A DNA stretch of 64,000 nt, taken from positions 424,242 through 488,241 of the forward strand of contig CAZALK010000001.1 in NCBI GenBank assembly GCA_964486045.1, given 5' to 3'. Position 1 is the first letter of the stretch. Every line of letters begins with the position of its first letter. This document shows, one piece after another, positions 41,774-50,689 of this stretch. The notes below the pieces were generated by a model. That model saw only the letters and a list, made by a program, of their open reading frames with translations, did no database searches and had not been told where the DNA came from. A program made the position numbers and the translations under genes. The stretch comes from an uncultured archaeon (GTDB lineage: Archaea > Asgardarchaeota > Lokiarchaeia > Sigyniarchaeales > SOKP01).

Positions 41774-41976
41774 TAATCCCCCGCCTCTTTCATTGTTCCT
41801 TTTGGAACTAGAACAGGATCACTTGGATCTTTATTAAATAATCTCATAATTTTTCGTCGCTTTTTATTTGTACCATGCTCTAATGCCTTTGTATGAAGTT
41901 CCATTGTTTGTTTATATAAATCATAGAGCTTATCTTTCTTTTTATTTATACTTGTAGTTCTATCAATCACCATCAC
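41773..41976 (-). CDS. Hypothetical protein
   Basis: Coupled ORF with GGAG upstream. Confidence 0.55.
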   Translation of the reverse strand: MMVIDRTTSINKKKDKLYDLYKQTMELHTKALEHGTNKKRRKIMRLFNKDPSDPVLVPKGTMKEAGD

Positions 41977-41995
41977 TATCTCCTCAAAATAAATT

Positions 41996-42349
41996 TTAAT
42001 TATTTATGATTTCTCTAAAATCTTCTAAACTCATTCTTTTTCCATTTATTATTTTATAATTTTTATTACTATACTTAGATATGACATTAGCCTTCATAAG
42101 AGAATTAGTAAAACGATTAAATTTACCTATCAATGTTCTTACTGCTTTTTGATATATTATTTGCTTATGTAGTGCATTCCTAAGATAAGATATACCATAA
42201 TTTTTTACTAAATATTCTCTTGCAATCGTTTTATACTTAAAGTATGTATGTTCACTAAGATAATTATATAATAATAAAGTTATGTCATCAAAACTTAATT
42301 TACTAATATTCTCCTCTAATTTTTTAATTAATAATTTATTCTCCATCAT
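41996..42349 (-). CDS. Hypothetical protein (wHTH-like)
   Basis: Resembles the N-terminal part of 42346..42942 (FN..NSL..AN.I.K.S). Confidence 0.6.
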   Translation of the reverse strand: MMENKLLIKKLEENISKLSFDDITLLLYNYLSEHTYFKYKTIAREYLVKNYGISYLRNALHKQIIYQKAVRTLIGKFNRFTNSLMKANVISKYSNKNYKIINGKRMSLEDFREIINN

Positions 42350-42942
42350 AATAAATCAAAATCATTTTTTGAATTTATTAATTGTAATCTTTCAACTATA
42401 ACCTTAACTTTTTCACCTTTTTTCAAATTATATTTTCTTATTAACTCTTTTGTAATATAAATATAGGTATAGCCCCAACTTTTACCTTCACCGGCACATA
42501 GTATAGTTAGTTCGAATTGTATCGCACCATTGCCAAATTTATCCTTTTCTTTTATTTTACCATTACCATTAGCTAAATATTCCTTCACTATAGCACTTTT
42601 TATGATATCTATATTTATATTAACTCCTCTAATCTTCTTATAAAATGTGCTACTATCTTTTCTGATCATATTTGCGTTCACTAATGAATTAATTAGCTTA
42701 TTAAACACATTTGAAATATTAGCGAACAATCGTAAGCAGAATTTATCATTTTTTTCGTAAAGTATGAAATGTTTTTCAGAAAAATACCCTTTCGCAATCA
42801 TTATTACTTTAAAAAAATTAATCTTATTAATATAATCGGCAAAATAAACCATTAAATCAAATATATTCAGATTTTTATAAATCTTCTCATACCTTTCTAT
42901 TGTTATCAATAATCTTTTCTTCCTATTATTTAATTTTATCAA
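42346..42942 (-). CDS. wHTH-like plus C-terminal AbrB-like domain
   Basis: YIYITKELIRKYNLKKGEKVKVIVE. Confidence 0.6.
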   Translation of the reverse strand: MIKLNNRKKRLLITIERYEKIYKNLNIFDLMVYFADYINKINFFKVIMIAKGYFSEKHFILYEKNDKFCLRLFANISNVFNKLINSLVNANMIRKDSSTFYKKIRGVNINIDIIKSAIVKEYLANGNGKIKEKDKFGNGAIQFELTILCAGEGKSWGYTYIYITKELIRKYNLKKGEKVKVIVERLQLINSKNDFDLL

Positions 42943-43101
42943 TTTTCGTCATAATAAAATTTTTTTAATGTTTTGAATTTTTTATATAAATATTTTAATT
43001 TTTCCTGATCCGCAATTTTTTTTAATTTTTTTAATTTTAAATCAAGATGTTCCAAATCTTTTTTTGCCTTTAATATTTTTAAATCTTTTTTCGTCATTAT
43101 T

Positions 43102-46032
43102 TTATTTTTTTCTTTTTAATTTGCTTCTTAATTTTCTGTTAATCTTACTCCTATCATTTATTGTATTTTTGCCCTGAGTTACCTTCCACATTAACGCATT
43201 CTGATTAAATCTGACTTTTTTAAATTGCCATCTATTATTTAAAAAATTAAAAATAATATATATACCAACACAAATTGTAATAAACCAAAACCACGTCTCT
43301 AAATTAACAGTAATAGGCTTTGGAATCTCTGGAACTTCCGTTTTGTAAAAACCAAATTCAATAACTTTGTAATCATCTGTTAATTTTACATTTTTTTCTT
43401 TAATTAGATCTCCATTATTTTCATAAGCTGAAATTGTATAATTGACATCTTTTATCATTCTCATCTGAATTCCAGCGGTCGATCCTACGATAAACGAAAT
43501 ATTCGAACTACCTCTTTCTATTTCAATTTTAATCGTTCTATTAAAATTATTTACAACAATCAACGTATAAACTTCAACTTGTATATCATATTCATAAATT
43601 CCTGAAGTATTAATATTGCTATCGTACAATGTATATCCAAAATAGTCCTTAACTACTAAATTTATTATCATATTTTCAATTCTGTTAAATCCAAAATCAG
43701 TACGATTATTGTCTATATAGAATTTAAATGTATTTTCATATATTCCTAATCCATCATAATTATAAATTCCAAAAAATACATTTTTAGGATATTCTGGTGT
43801 TATGGTTGGTGTTCCAAACGATTCTATATGACTATTATCTGTCAGATTTATAATTCTCGAATCATATAACGTTGCATTTGTGAAGTAAATAGTTATATTA
43901 TATTCTACGTTTGGAAGGAATCTGTAAGTTAACCCAAATTGTTTTGGAAGTATCTGTTCCATCCACACACCCGAACCTACTTGAGTAATGTTTACGATAA
44001 TATCTTCATAAGTAAATTGATTTAAAATAATTAAAGAATAAATTTCTATAAAAATATTATATTCAGAATAAGCAGAAGCATCAATAGTGTCATTTGCTAA
44101 TGTATTATTAAAGAAATCCAAGATTAAAAGATTTGCTGTTTCAGATTGTATTATATTTCGACCAAAATCTTTTCTTACACCATTTATATAAAATCTCACT
44201 AAATCATGGTCTATTCCTAATCCATCATAAGTAAATAATCCAAAATAAATTTGGTAATATGTAGTGTTTATAGATATTATTTTATGTGTTGTAAATTCAA
44301 ATTCTAAACTTCTTGGATAATTATCCTCATGATTTGTATAATTTAAAATATAATTCCCTGTAGCAATGCTAAATTCAATAATTTCAATAGGGAAAATATT
44401 GCCTGATTTTTCAATACCAGAATTATTGTTTTTTAATATATAATCAGCATATTCACTTGCCTCATTTTTTATTTTAAGAGAATATACATTTAGAGTAATA
44501 TCTATAAAAGTCTCTTCATAACTATCATAATCTTTTATTAAAATATCAAAAGAGTCATAGATTTTAAATTCTATTAATGTATCATCATCTACATATAAAA
44601 TATGACTTGATAACCGTTCATTAGTGTAGGTAAAATTATCTAAAGTGTAATTAATATATGTAGTAAATAAATTAAAATCTAAATATTCATTATTAGAATC
44701 ATAATACGTTAAATAAACAATTTCAGAATCAATTCTTTCATAAATTAAAGTCTGTAATGTAGATGAAGTTGTTATATATTTAGTTTCCATTAATTCATTT
44801 CTTTCATAGATTTCTACTGTATAGTTATGTGGATAACCAATATCTAATTGTTTTCTTCCATTTGGTTCTACATAATAAACTATAGTTTCAGCATAACCTC
44901 TTTTAATTACTATTGAATCCACAATTAAATTCTTAGTATCATCAAATATTCCAGTAAATTCTAATTGGTCAACCGATATATTGGAGCCTATTGTAAAGGT
45001 TTTAGTTCTTGTGGAGAAATCTCCATTACCCTGACTTGAAAGAATATAACTTGCTTGTTGAATACTATTATTTCTTAGATTTAAATCAATTCTATTTGTT
45101 GAGCTTGTATTAAATTTAACTTCAATTTTATCTCCTTCCTGTAAAGTTAAATTAAGATTATTTAGACTTCTTAAAGTTAAGGTTTCTGTTTCATTAGTTT
45201 GCATATAAATCAGATTATTTCCTTGGTAGTTTTTTGAAATATGCCAAGCAGATATATTTCCTTCAAAATTTACGATAATTTGAGAAGCTTCAATTGTAAA
45301 AGTAAAATCTCTAAGATGTTTTGTAGTTATTTCAAGTGTGTTAATATCAGCATCAGTTAAATTTAAATCTGACCATCCTCCTGCGTATTTCCACACAAAA
45401 CTAGTAGAAGAAAACCAAGAATATATAGGATTTGTTGTTCCTGGAAGATTACCCGATACCTCTAATTGATTTGGTCCTGCATAAATTGTTTTATGATAAA
45501 TTGGATATATTATCTGAATAACCTTTCCTGAATCATAAGCAGATAAATTTATATTATCAAATGAATATATATCTGTTTGACCAGTTGTACTACTTATTAC
45601 TCGATTTCCATCAAATCCTACAGTACTTGGATAAATTACACCATCATCTAACTCATCGGCATGAACAGCAGGTGCAACAGGAATATCCCATTCATCAGAT
45701 ATATCTCCATCAGGTTCTATAACTATTGTTTCTTCAGTATATTCAGCGACACCAGAATAATTCATAAAAAGATAAGTAGGTGGTGCACCAATAAAATACC
45801 TTTCACTAACTCCATACAAACTCCAATTATCTGAACCTGCATCAAATGTTTCATTATAAAGATAATTATAACCAGCTGTTTCATTTATAAAATCCCATCG
45901 TGTAGATAAATCAGATTCACTAATGATTTCTATATTAGGAGTTTGTGCAAAGCCGTTACTAATAAAACTTGAAAAAGATAATATAAAAATAAATAAACAT
46001 AAACTTGAGCTTATTAACTTCTTATTTTTCAT
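43102..46032 (-). CDS. Large secreted, C-terminally anchored surface protein (adhesin/spike-like)
   Basis: Signal peptide, many N-x-S/T sequons, ~3 internal repeats (FG..YDGLGI...FYI...R.DFG.N), single C-terminal TM and basic tail. Confidence 0.8.
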   Translation of the reverse strand: MKNKKLISSSLCLFIFILSFSSFISNGFAQTPNIEIISESDLSTRWDFINETAGYNYLYNETFDAGSDNWSLYGVSERYFIGAPPTYLFMNYSGVAEYTEETIVIEPDGDISDEWDIPVAPAVHADELDDGVIYPSTVGFDGNRVISSTTGQTDIYSFDNINLSAYDSGKVIQIIYPIYHKTIYAGPNQLEVSGNLPGTTNPIYSWFSSTSFVWKYAGGWSDLNLTDADINTLEITTKHLRDFTFTIEASQIIVNFEGNISAWHISKNYQGNNLIYMQTNETETLTLRSLNNLNLTLQEGDKIEVKFNTSSTNRIDLNLRNNSIQQASYILSSQGNGDFSTRTKTFTIGSNISVDQLEFTGIFDDTKNLIVDSIVIKRGYAETIVYYVEPNGRKQLDIGYPHNYTVEIYERNELMETKYITTSSTLQTLIYERIDSEIVYLTYYDSNNEYLDFNLFTTYINYTLDNFTYTNERLSSHILYVDDDTLIEFKIYDSFDILIKDYDSYEETFIDITLNVYSLKIKNEASEYADYILKNNNSGIEKSGNIFPIEIIEFSIATGNYILNYTNHEDNYPRSLEFEFTTHKIISINTTYYQIYFGLFTYDGLGIDHDLVRFYINGVRKDFGRNIIQSETANLLILDFFNNTLANDTIDASAYSEYNIFIEIYSLIILNQFTYEDIIVNITQVGSGVWMEQILPKQFGLTYRFLPNVEYNITIYFTNATLYDSRIINLTDNSHIESFGTPTITPEYPKNVFFGIYNYDGLGIYENTFKFYIDNNRTDFGFNRIENMIINLVVKDYFGYTLYDSNINTSGIYEYDIQVEVYTLIVVNNFNRTIKIEIERGSSNISFIVGSTAGIQMRMIKDVNYTISAYENNGDLIKEKNVKLTDDYKVIEFGFYKTEVPEIPKPITVNLETWFWFITICVGIYIIFNFLNNRWQFKKVRFNQNALMWKVTQGKNTINDRSKINRKLRSKLKRKK

Positions 46033-46064
46033 TTTAATTATACCTCTCTTTTATATTTCTCATT

Positions 46065-46280
46065 TTAATATGATTTAATTTTTTTAATCACATAATATAT
46101 CAAAAAACTTACAATTACACTTACTAATAAAATTTCAAACCATATCTCATAAAAAAGATTGAAATGGGCTCCAACCCATCCACCATTAAATAAAGCATAA
46201 ATCAACATAGGTAAGAAAAGAACCCAACCACCTATTCCTAAAAACCATGCTATAATATCAATCATTTTTATTTCGGTCAT
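46065..46280 (-). CDS. Small two-helix hydrophobic protein
   Basis: 71 aa, two TM segments, basic C-terminus. Confidence 0.65.
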   Translation of the reverse strand: MTEIKMIDIIAWFLGIGGWVLFLPMLIYALFNGGWVGAHFNLFYEIWFEILLVSVIVSFLIYYVIKKIKSY

Positions 46281-46443
46281 TTTTATCCCCTTTTATAATT
46301 TCTTCAAATTTATCAGGATTTTTCATATAATAATTAATTAAATTTCTCATAATCTTTGAACGAGATATCCTAAATTCCCATTTCTTATCTTCTATAAATT
46401 TAATCTGTTCACTATATAAATGAAAGGATGTTGATACTGCCAT
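46258..46443 (-). CDS. RHH/CopG-like regulator
   Basis: STSFHLYSEQIKFIE...ISRSKIMRNLINYY. Confidence 0.7.
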   Translation of the reverse strand: MAVSTSFHLYSEQIKFIEDKKWEFRISRSKIMRNLINYYMKNPDKFEEIIKGDKNDRNKND

Positions 46444-46654
46444 CGTATTTATTATTTTTATAATTAATTATTTTCCTATTATTTAATTGATCGTTTTTAT
46501 AATATTTAAATGGAATGCCCTAATTCATAGAATCCATATTTTACATGAATTAGATTAAAGATATAATAAAATTAAAGAATGTTATACAAGTATACCTAAA
46601 ATAAATATAAAATATTAATACAAAAACAAGGTTTAAACAACGATCCAAAAAAAA

Positions 46655-47953
46655 TTATTTTTTAATATTATCAAATTCTGCTTCTATTGCTTCCTTATAA
46701 GCTTCAGGAGGAATTCTCATATTTTTTTTAATCCATTTCAATTCCTTATCAAACTGTACTCTAATATCTCTCAATTCACTTAGAAAATTATTTTGTAATT
46801 TATGTAATTCTTCAGATATCCTCTCATTTCTATCTTTTATTTCTTTATTTTCTTGTCTTAGCTCCTGAACTTCATATGGTTGAATTATAGATTCAACACC
46901 CATCTGTTCTATATCTTCTTCATTAATAATATTTCCACATTTCCAACAGAATAGATTTTCTTGACGATTTTCTGCTTCACAAATCCTACATTGTTTTGCT
47001 TCTTTTAGTTCAGGTTTAGAAATTTCAACAACATTATTAGTCATGATATCAATTATATCTTTATCAACTAAATGGAAATATATTTTTGCCATAGTAGAAT
47101 CAGCAGACCAACCAGCAAACTTTCTAATTTGAGCTTCATTTAACTTAGTTCTTGCTAATTCAGTTAATCTTGAATGCCTAAATAGATGAGGATTAAGTTT
47201 CCTTCCTTTCCATTGTTTTGGATATTTTTTAATCAATTTTTTTAATATAAAAATCAAGTAGTTATTCACAGTAGTATTATTTTTAAAATCAAACAGCTTA
47301 TTTTCTGGTTCAAAATCATTAATTCCAGTATATTCTTTTATGTATGATGTGGCTTCAATTACAGGAACATCCCTTCCATAAGTTTTTGATTCTGATATTT
47401 TTAAAATAGTATATCCACGATTAAACCTAATATCCTTCTCTCTAATGTTAAGAGCTTCATCTATTCTTAATGCTCCTTCATATAAAATCATAAATAATGT
47501 TTTATATTTAAGATTACTGTATTTTAAAATTTGCTCTAAATCTTCTCTTGTTATTAAATCAATTTTGCTAAGTTTTTTGGTTTTTCCATTCATTTTACTT
47601 GGAAATAAATTAAATAAATCATTTCTTTCAGAATATTTTAGATATTTTTTAATTCTATTAACATGCATTTTTTGTGTGCCATTTGAAAGGTTATTCCACC
47701 AATCAGAATCAAGAAAATCTTTAATATCCTGTTCAGTAAGCAAACCTATATTATTATGTTTTAAATTAAAGTCTTTATTTTTTGCTCTCCAGCTTTCATT
47801 TCTCTGCTTATCAGTTTCAAATAATTTACTAATAGATATTAAATGGTTTAAAATTGTTCCATCAGTAGAACCTTTTAACTCTTTGTAGTAATAGTTTTCT
47901 ATATTATTATCCTTAGATTTTAATCTTTCCAAATATTTATTATAACTATCCAT
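46655..47953 (-). CDS. Tyrosine recombinase/integrase with C-terminal Zn ribbon and coiled coil
   Basis: GALRIDEAL (R), SKT (K), HLFRHSR (HxxR), AGW, KIYFHL (Y); CRIC..CWKC. Confidence 0.95.
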   Translation of the reverse strand: MDSYNKYLERLKSKDNNIENYYYKELKGSTDGTILNHLISISKLFETDKQRNESWRAKNKDFNLKHNNIGLLTEQDIKDFLDSDWWNNLSNGTQKMHVNRIKKYLKYSERNDLFNLFPSKMNGKTKKLSKIDLITREDLEQILKYSNLKYKTLFMILYEGALRIDEALNIREKDIRFNRGYTILKISESKTYGRDVPVIEATSYIKEYTGINDFEPENKLFDFKNNTTVNNYLIFILKKLIKKYPKQWKGRKLNPHLFRHSRLTELARTKLNEAQIRKFAGWSADSTMAKIYFHLVDKDIIDIMTNNVVEISKPELKEAKQCRICEAENRQENLFCWKCGNIINEEDIEQMGVESIIQPYEVQELRQENKEIKDRNERISEELHKLQNNFLSELRDIRVQFDKELKWIKKNMRIPPEAYKEAIEAEFDNIKK

Positions 47954-48014
47954 AATCGATCATATAAAAAAAATTTAAATATTTAAATGTAATTGATAAT
48001 TATAATGATTTTTA

Positions 48015-48032
48015 TATAATTTTATAATAATT
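48015..48032 (+). repeat. Candidate attR
   Basis: TATAATTTTATAATAATT, 62 bp upstream of the integrase start; 17/18 match to 20689..20706. Confidence 0.55.
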
Positions 48033-48070
48033 ATTAATGACGAAAAAATGTCTCTGATTTTCTCGTAAAA

Positions 48071-49273
48071 ATGAAGTCATATATAGCAGATACTTTAGTC
48101 GGGATTTTCTCATTTGATGACTCCGGAAATATTTTGAATTTTATCGATTTTGAAAATAACAACCAAAAAATTATCCAATTTTATATTGATATTGATAATG
48201 ACATTATTCAGAGTATGTATGAAGAATTTTTATCTGAATTGAAGAATTCTGGTTTTGATAAGTTTGTATTTGATAACAAGAAATTACAAACACTAACAAA
48301 ACAATTAGGATATAATACATTGTTAGAAGCTGGTTCACTCGAACTTAAAAATTTTCGTTTAAATTTAGAAACTCAATTAAAAAACATGGGTATAAGTAAA
48401 ACTAAAGAGGAAATTCTTACACAATACAAAGAAATCAACGAGGAATTAACTAAGAAAAAAGTAAGTCAAGCAAGTGGTCATTCTGATAATATAATTATTC
48501 AGATCATCGGTACACTAGATATAATCAAAAAATCCATAAGCTTGTTTTCAAGTCAACTCAGAGAATGGTACGGTTTACATTTTCCAGAATTAACTGATAA
48601 AATCGTAGAAGACAACATGCTATTAGCAAATTTGGTTTCGAAATTAGGAGCTCGAGATAGATACACTTACGAAAATATTGAAGAGAATTTTGAGTTAAAT
48701 GGAAAAAAAATTAAGGCTTTACAGAGATTTGCTTTAAATTCTATGGGAGCAATCTTTGATTTAGGAATGGTCCAAGGTTATGCGGATCAAATCATTTCTA
48801 TAGATTCTTATAGGGGAGATTTAGAAAATTATTTAGCAGATTTAATGGAAAAATTTGCTCCAAGCACAAATGCGATTATCGGATCATTAATAGGCGCTAA
48901 ACTGATAGCCAAAGCAGGTAGTATGAAGAAATTGGCTTATATGCCAGCGTCAAGAATACAATTACTAGGAGCTGAAAAGGCGCTTTATCGTTTTCTCAAA
49001 ACTGGGGAGAAGAGACCAAAACATGGTTTAATATTCCAATGGAATAAAATAAGGTCAGCAAAAGCGCATCACAGAGGGAAAATTGCTAGAGTTGTTGCGG
49101 GAAAATTAGGTGTTGCTATAAAAGTTGATTATTTCAACGGAGAATTCATAGGAGATAGGTTAGGTAAAGAAGTAGAATTGAAAATAAAAGAAATTGAAAC
49201 TAAGTATCCAAATCCACCTAAAAAAGCAGAACCTGTAAAAAGCAAGAAAAAAAAGTCAAAAAAAAGAAGATGA
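48071..49273 (+). CDS. nop5: Box C/D RNP protein Nop5 (Nop56/58)
   Basis: LREWYGLHFPEL, PASRIQLLGAEKALYR, PKHGLIFQ. Confidence 0.96.
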   Translation: MKSYIADTLVGIFSFDDSGNILNFIDFENNNQKIIQFYIDIDNDIIQSMYEEFLSELKNSGFDKFVFDNKKLQTLTKQLGYNTLLEAGSLELKNFRLNLETQLKNMGISKTKEEILTQYKEINEELTKKKVSQASGHSDNIIIQIIGTLDIIKKSISLFSSQLREWYGLHFPELTDKIVEDNMLLANLVSKLGARDRYTYENIEENFELNGKKIKALQRFALNSMGAIFDLGMVQGYADQIISIDSYRGDLENYLADLMEKFAPSTNAIIGSLIGAKLIAKAGSMKKLAYMPASRIQLLGAEKALYRFLKTGEKRPKHGLIFQWNKIRSAKAHHRGKIARVVAGKLGVAIKVDYFNGEFIGDRLGKEVELKIKEIETKYPNPPKKAEPVKSKKKKSKKRR

Positions 49274-49291
49274 GGGATTTTTTTTTAGAAG

Positions 49292-49990
49292 ATGGCACAA
49301 ATAGAAATTAGAAAACACCCAAAATTTTATAACGTTTTTATTTCAGGGTCCAAAGAAAAATTGAGACTCTATACAAGGAATAGTGACAGGGGAAATAGAG
49401 TTTATGGAGAAAGATTAATTCAATATAGAGAAAATGAATACAGGGAATGGGATCCATTTCGGAGTAAATTAGCAGCCATAATTTTAGAAAACCCTCTCAA
49501 AAATTTTTTATCGGCTGACATAACTTGTTTATACTTAGGAGCTTCTTCTGGAACTACCATTTCTCACCTTTCCGATATACTAACAAGTGGAATTATATTT
49601 GGTATTGAATTTGCAGAAAGAAGCATTAGACAGTTAATCCAAAATACATCCCGAAGGAAAAATATTATCCCAATATTTGCTGATGCTCGTTATCCAGACA
49701 ATTATGCGAAATCAATATTTTCTACCATGGATATAATTTACCAGGATATATCTCAACCCAACCAAGCAGAAATTGCTTTAAATAATTGTAATTATTATCT
49801 AAGTGATAATGGTTTATTAATCCTAGCAGTTAAATCTCAATCTATCAATAGTATTCAGAAATCGGAATATGTCTATGCCCAAGAAAAGACGATTCTGGAA
49901 GAAGGAGGTTATGAAGTAATTGAGAGTGTTAATATTCATAAATATGCGGCAAATCATAGTGTGTTATTAGTTAAAAAAAGGCACGGTTAG
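49292..49990 (+). CDS. flpA: Fibrillarin rRNA 2'-O-methyltransferase
   Basis: VYGER, YREWDPFRSKLAA, LYLGASSGTTISHLSDI, QDISQPNQ. Confidence 0.96.
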   Translation: MAQIEIRKHPKFYNVFISGSKEKLRLYTRNSDRGNRVYGERLIQYRENEYREWDPFRSKLAAIILENPLKNFLSADITCLYLGASSGTTISHLSDILTSGIIFGIEFAERSIRQLIQNTSRRKNIIPIFADARYPDNYAKSIFSTMDIIYQDISQPNQAEIALNNCNYYLSDNGLLILAVKSQSINSIQKSEYVYAQEKTILEEGGYEVIESVNIHKYAANHSVLLVKKRHG

Positions 49991-50676
49991 AAAAAATCAT
50001 TAATTTTTTTGTTTACTAATTCTTCATTTACTAAATTCTTTGTAGTTGCCCAAGTTTTCCTCGCAATGGAGGGTACTTTCTGGTTTTTTCTAATCCAATC
50101 CCGAAGAAAGTTAATAGTTTTTTTATCAGAAGGGTATCCCGAGCCGAAGTCTCCATATTTTTCCTTTAGTTCATCAATTAATGAGTCTCTTTTATCTTTG
50201 GCAATAATTGAAGCTGCAGATACTATAGGAAATAGGTCATCAGCTTTATGCTTTGAAATAATTTCTTTTGGATTATAATTTAAAAGATTGAGGATAGATT
50301 GTGCGAATCTTGCTTCATTTACATCAACAGCGTCAATATAGATAGAATCAGGTTTTAACTCCCTAATAATTTCAGCCATTTTCAGCTCCTCCAGTTTATT
50401 CAGAGTAATTCTTTTTTCTTCTCTTTTATCAATTTCATCGGGAAGAACAACAATAACTTTAAAAGAATAACAGGACTCCTTAATTAACTTTGCTAATATG
50501 CTCCTCCTTTTAGTAGTTAATTTTTTAGAGTCTTTTACACCGATTTTTGTTAAATAAGATAAGCTGGATTCCTTAAAACATACACCACATAAAACAAGAG
50601 GTCCAATTACGGGGCCTTTTGGCATATAATCCAATAAGGATTATATTCTACCAGCCTCGTCAATACCACAAATCAT
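49987..50676 (-). CDS. rnhB: Ribonuclease HII, split by a 30-nt intron (exon 1 50648..50676, exon 2 49987..50617; 219 aa)
   Basis: Exon 1 MICGIDEAGR follows an AGGAG RBS; exon 2 has GPVIGPLV..GVKDSKKL..YIDA..KAD..VSAASIIAK..GSGYPSD. Confidence 0.93.
50618..50647 (-). other. Predicted bulge-helix-bulge mRNA intron in rnhB
   Basis: UGGU/GCCA 4-bp helix, AG^A and AA^A 3-nt bulges, 9-bp AUAUAAUCC/GGAUUAUAU stem, in-frame UAA. Confidence 0.85.
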
Positions 50677-50689
50677 TTTTTATTTCTCC

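Larger units (their letters stand above)
20689..48032. mobile_element. Integrated element / putative provirus (~27.3 kb)
   Basis: Terminal tyrosine recombinase; ParB, helicase, HNH and many small regulators; no housekeeping genes; 18-bp near-direct repeat at both ends between pyrD and nop5. Exact boundaries are less certain than the element itself. Confidence 0.85.

Noticed and set aside
49987-50634. ORF-track RNase HII starting MDYMPKGPV
   Set aside because: That TTG start lies inside the predicted intron and omits the catalytic Asp/Glu; the true start is the ATG at 50676.
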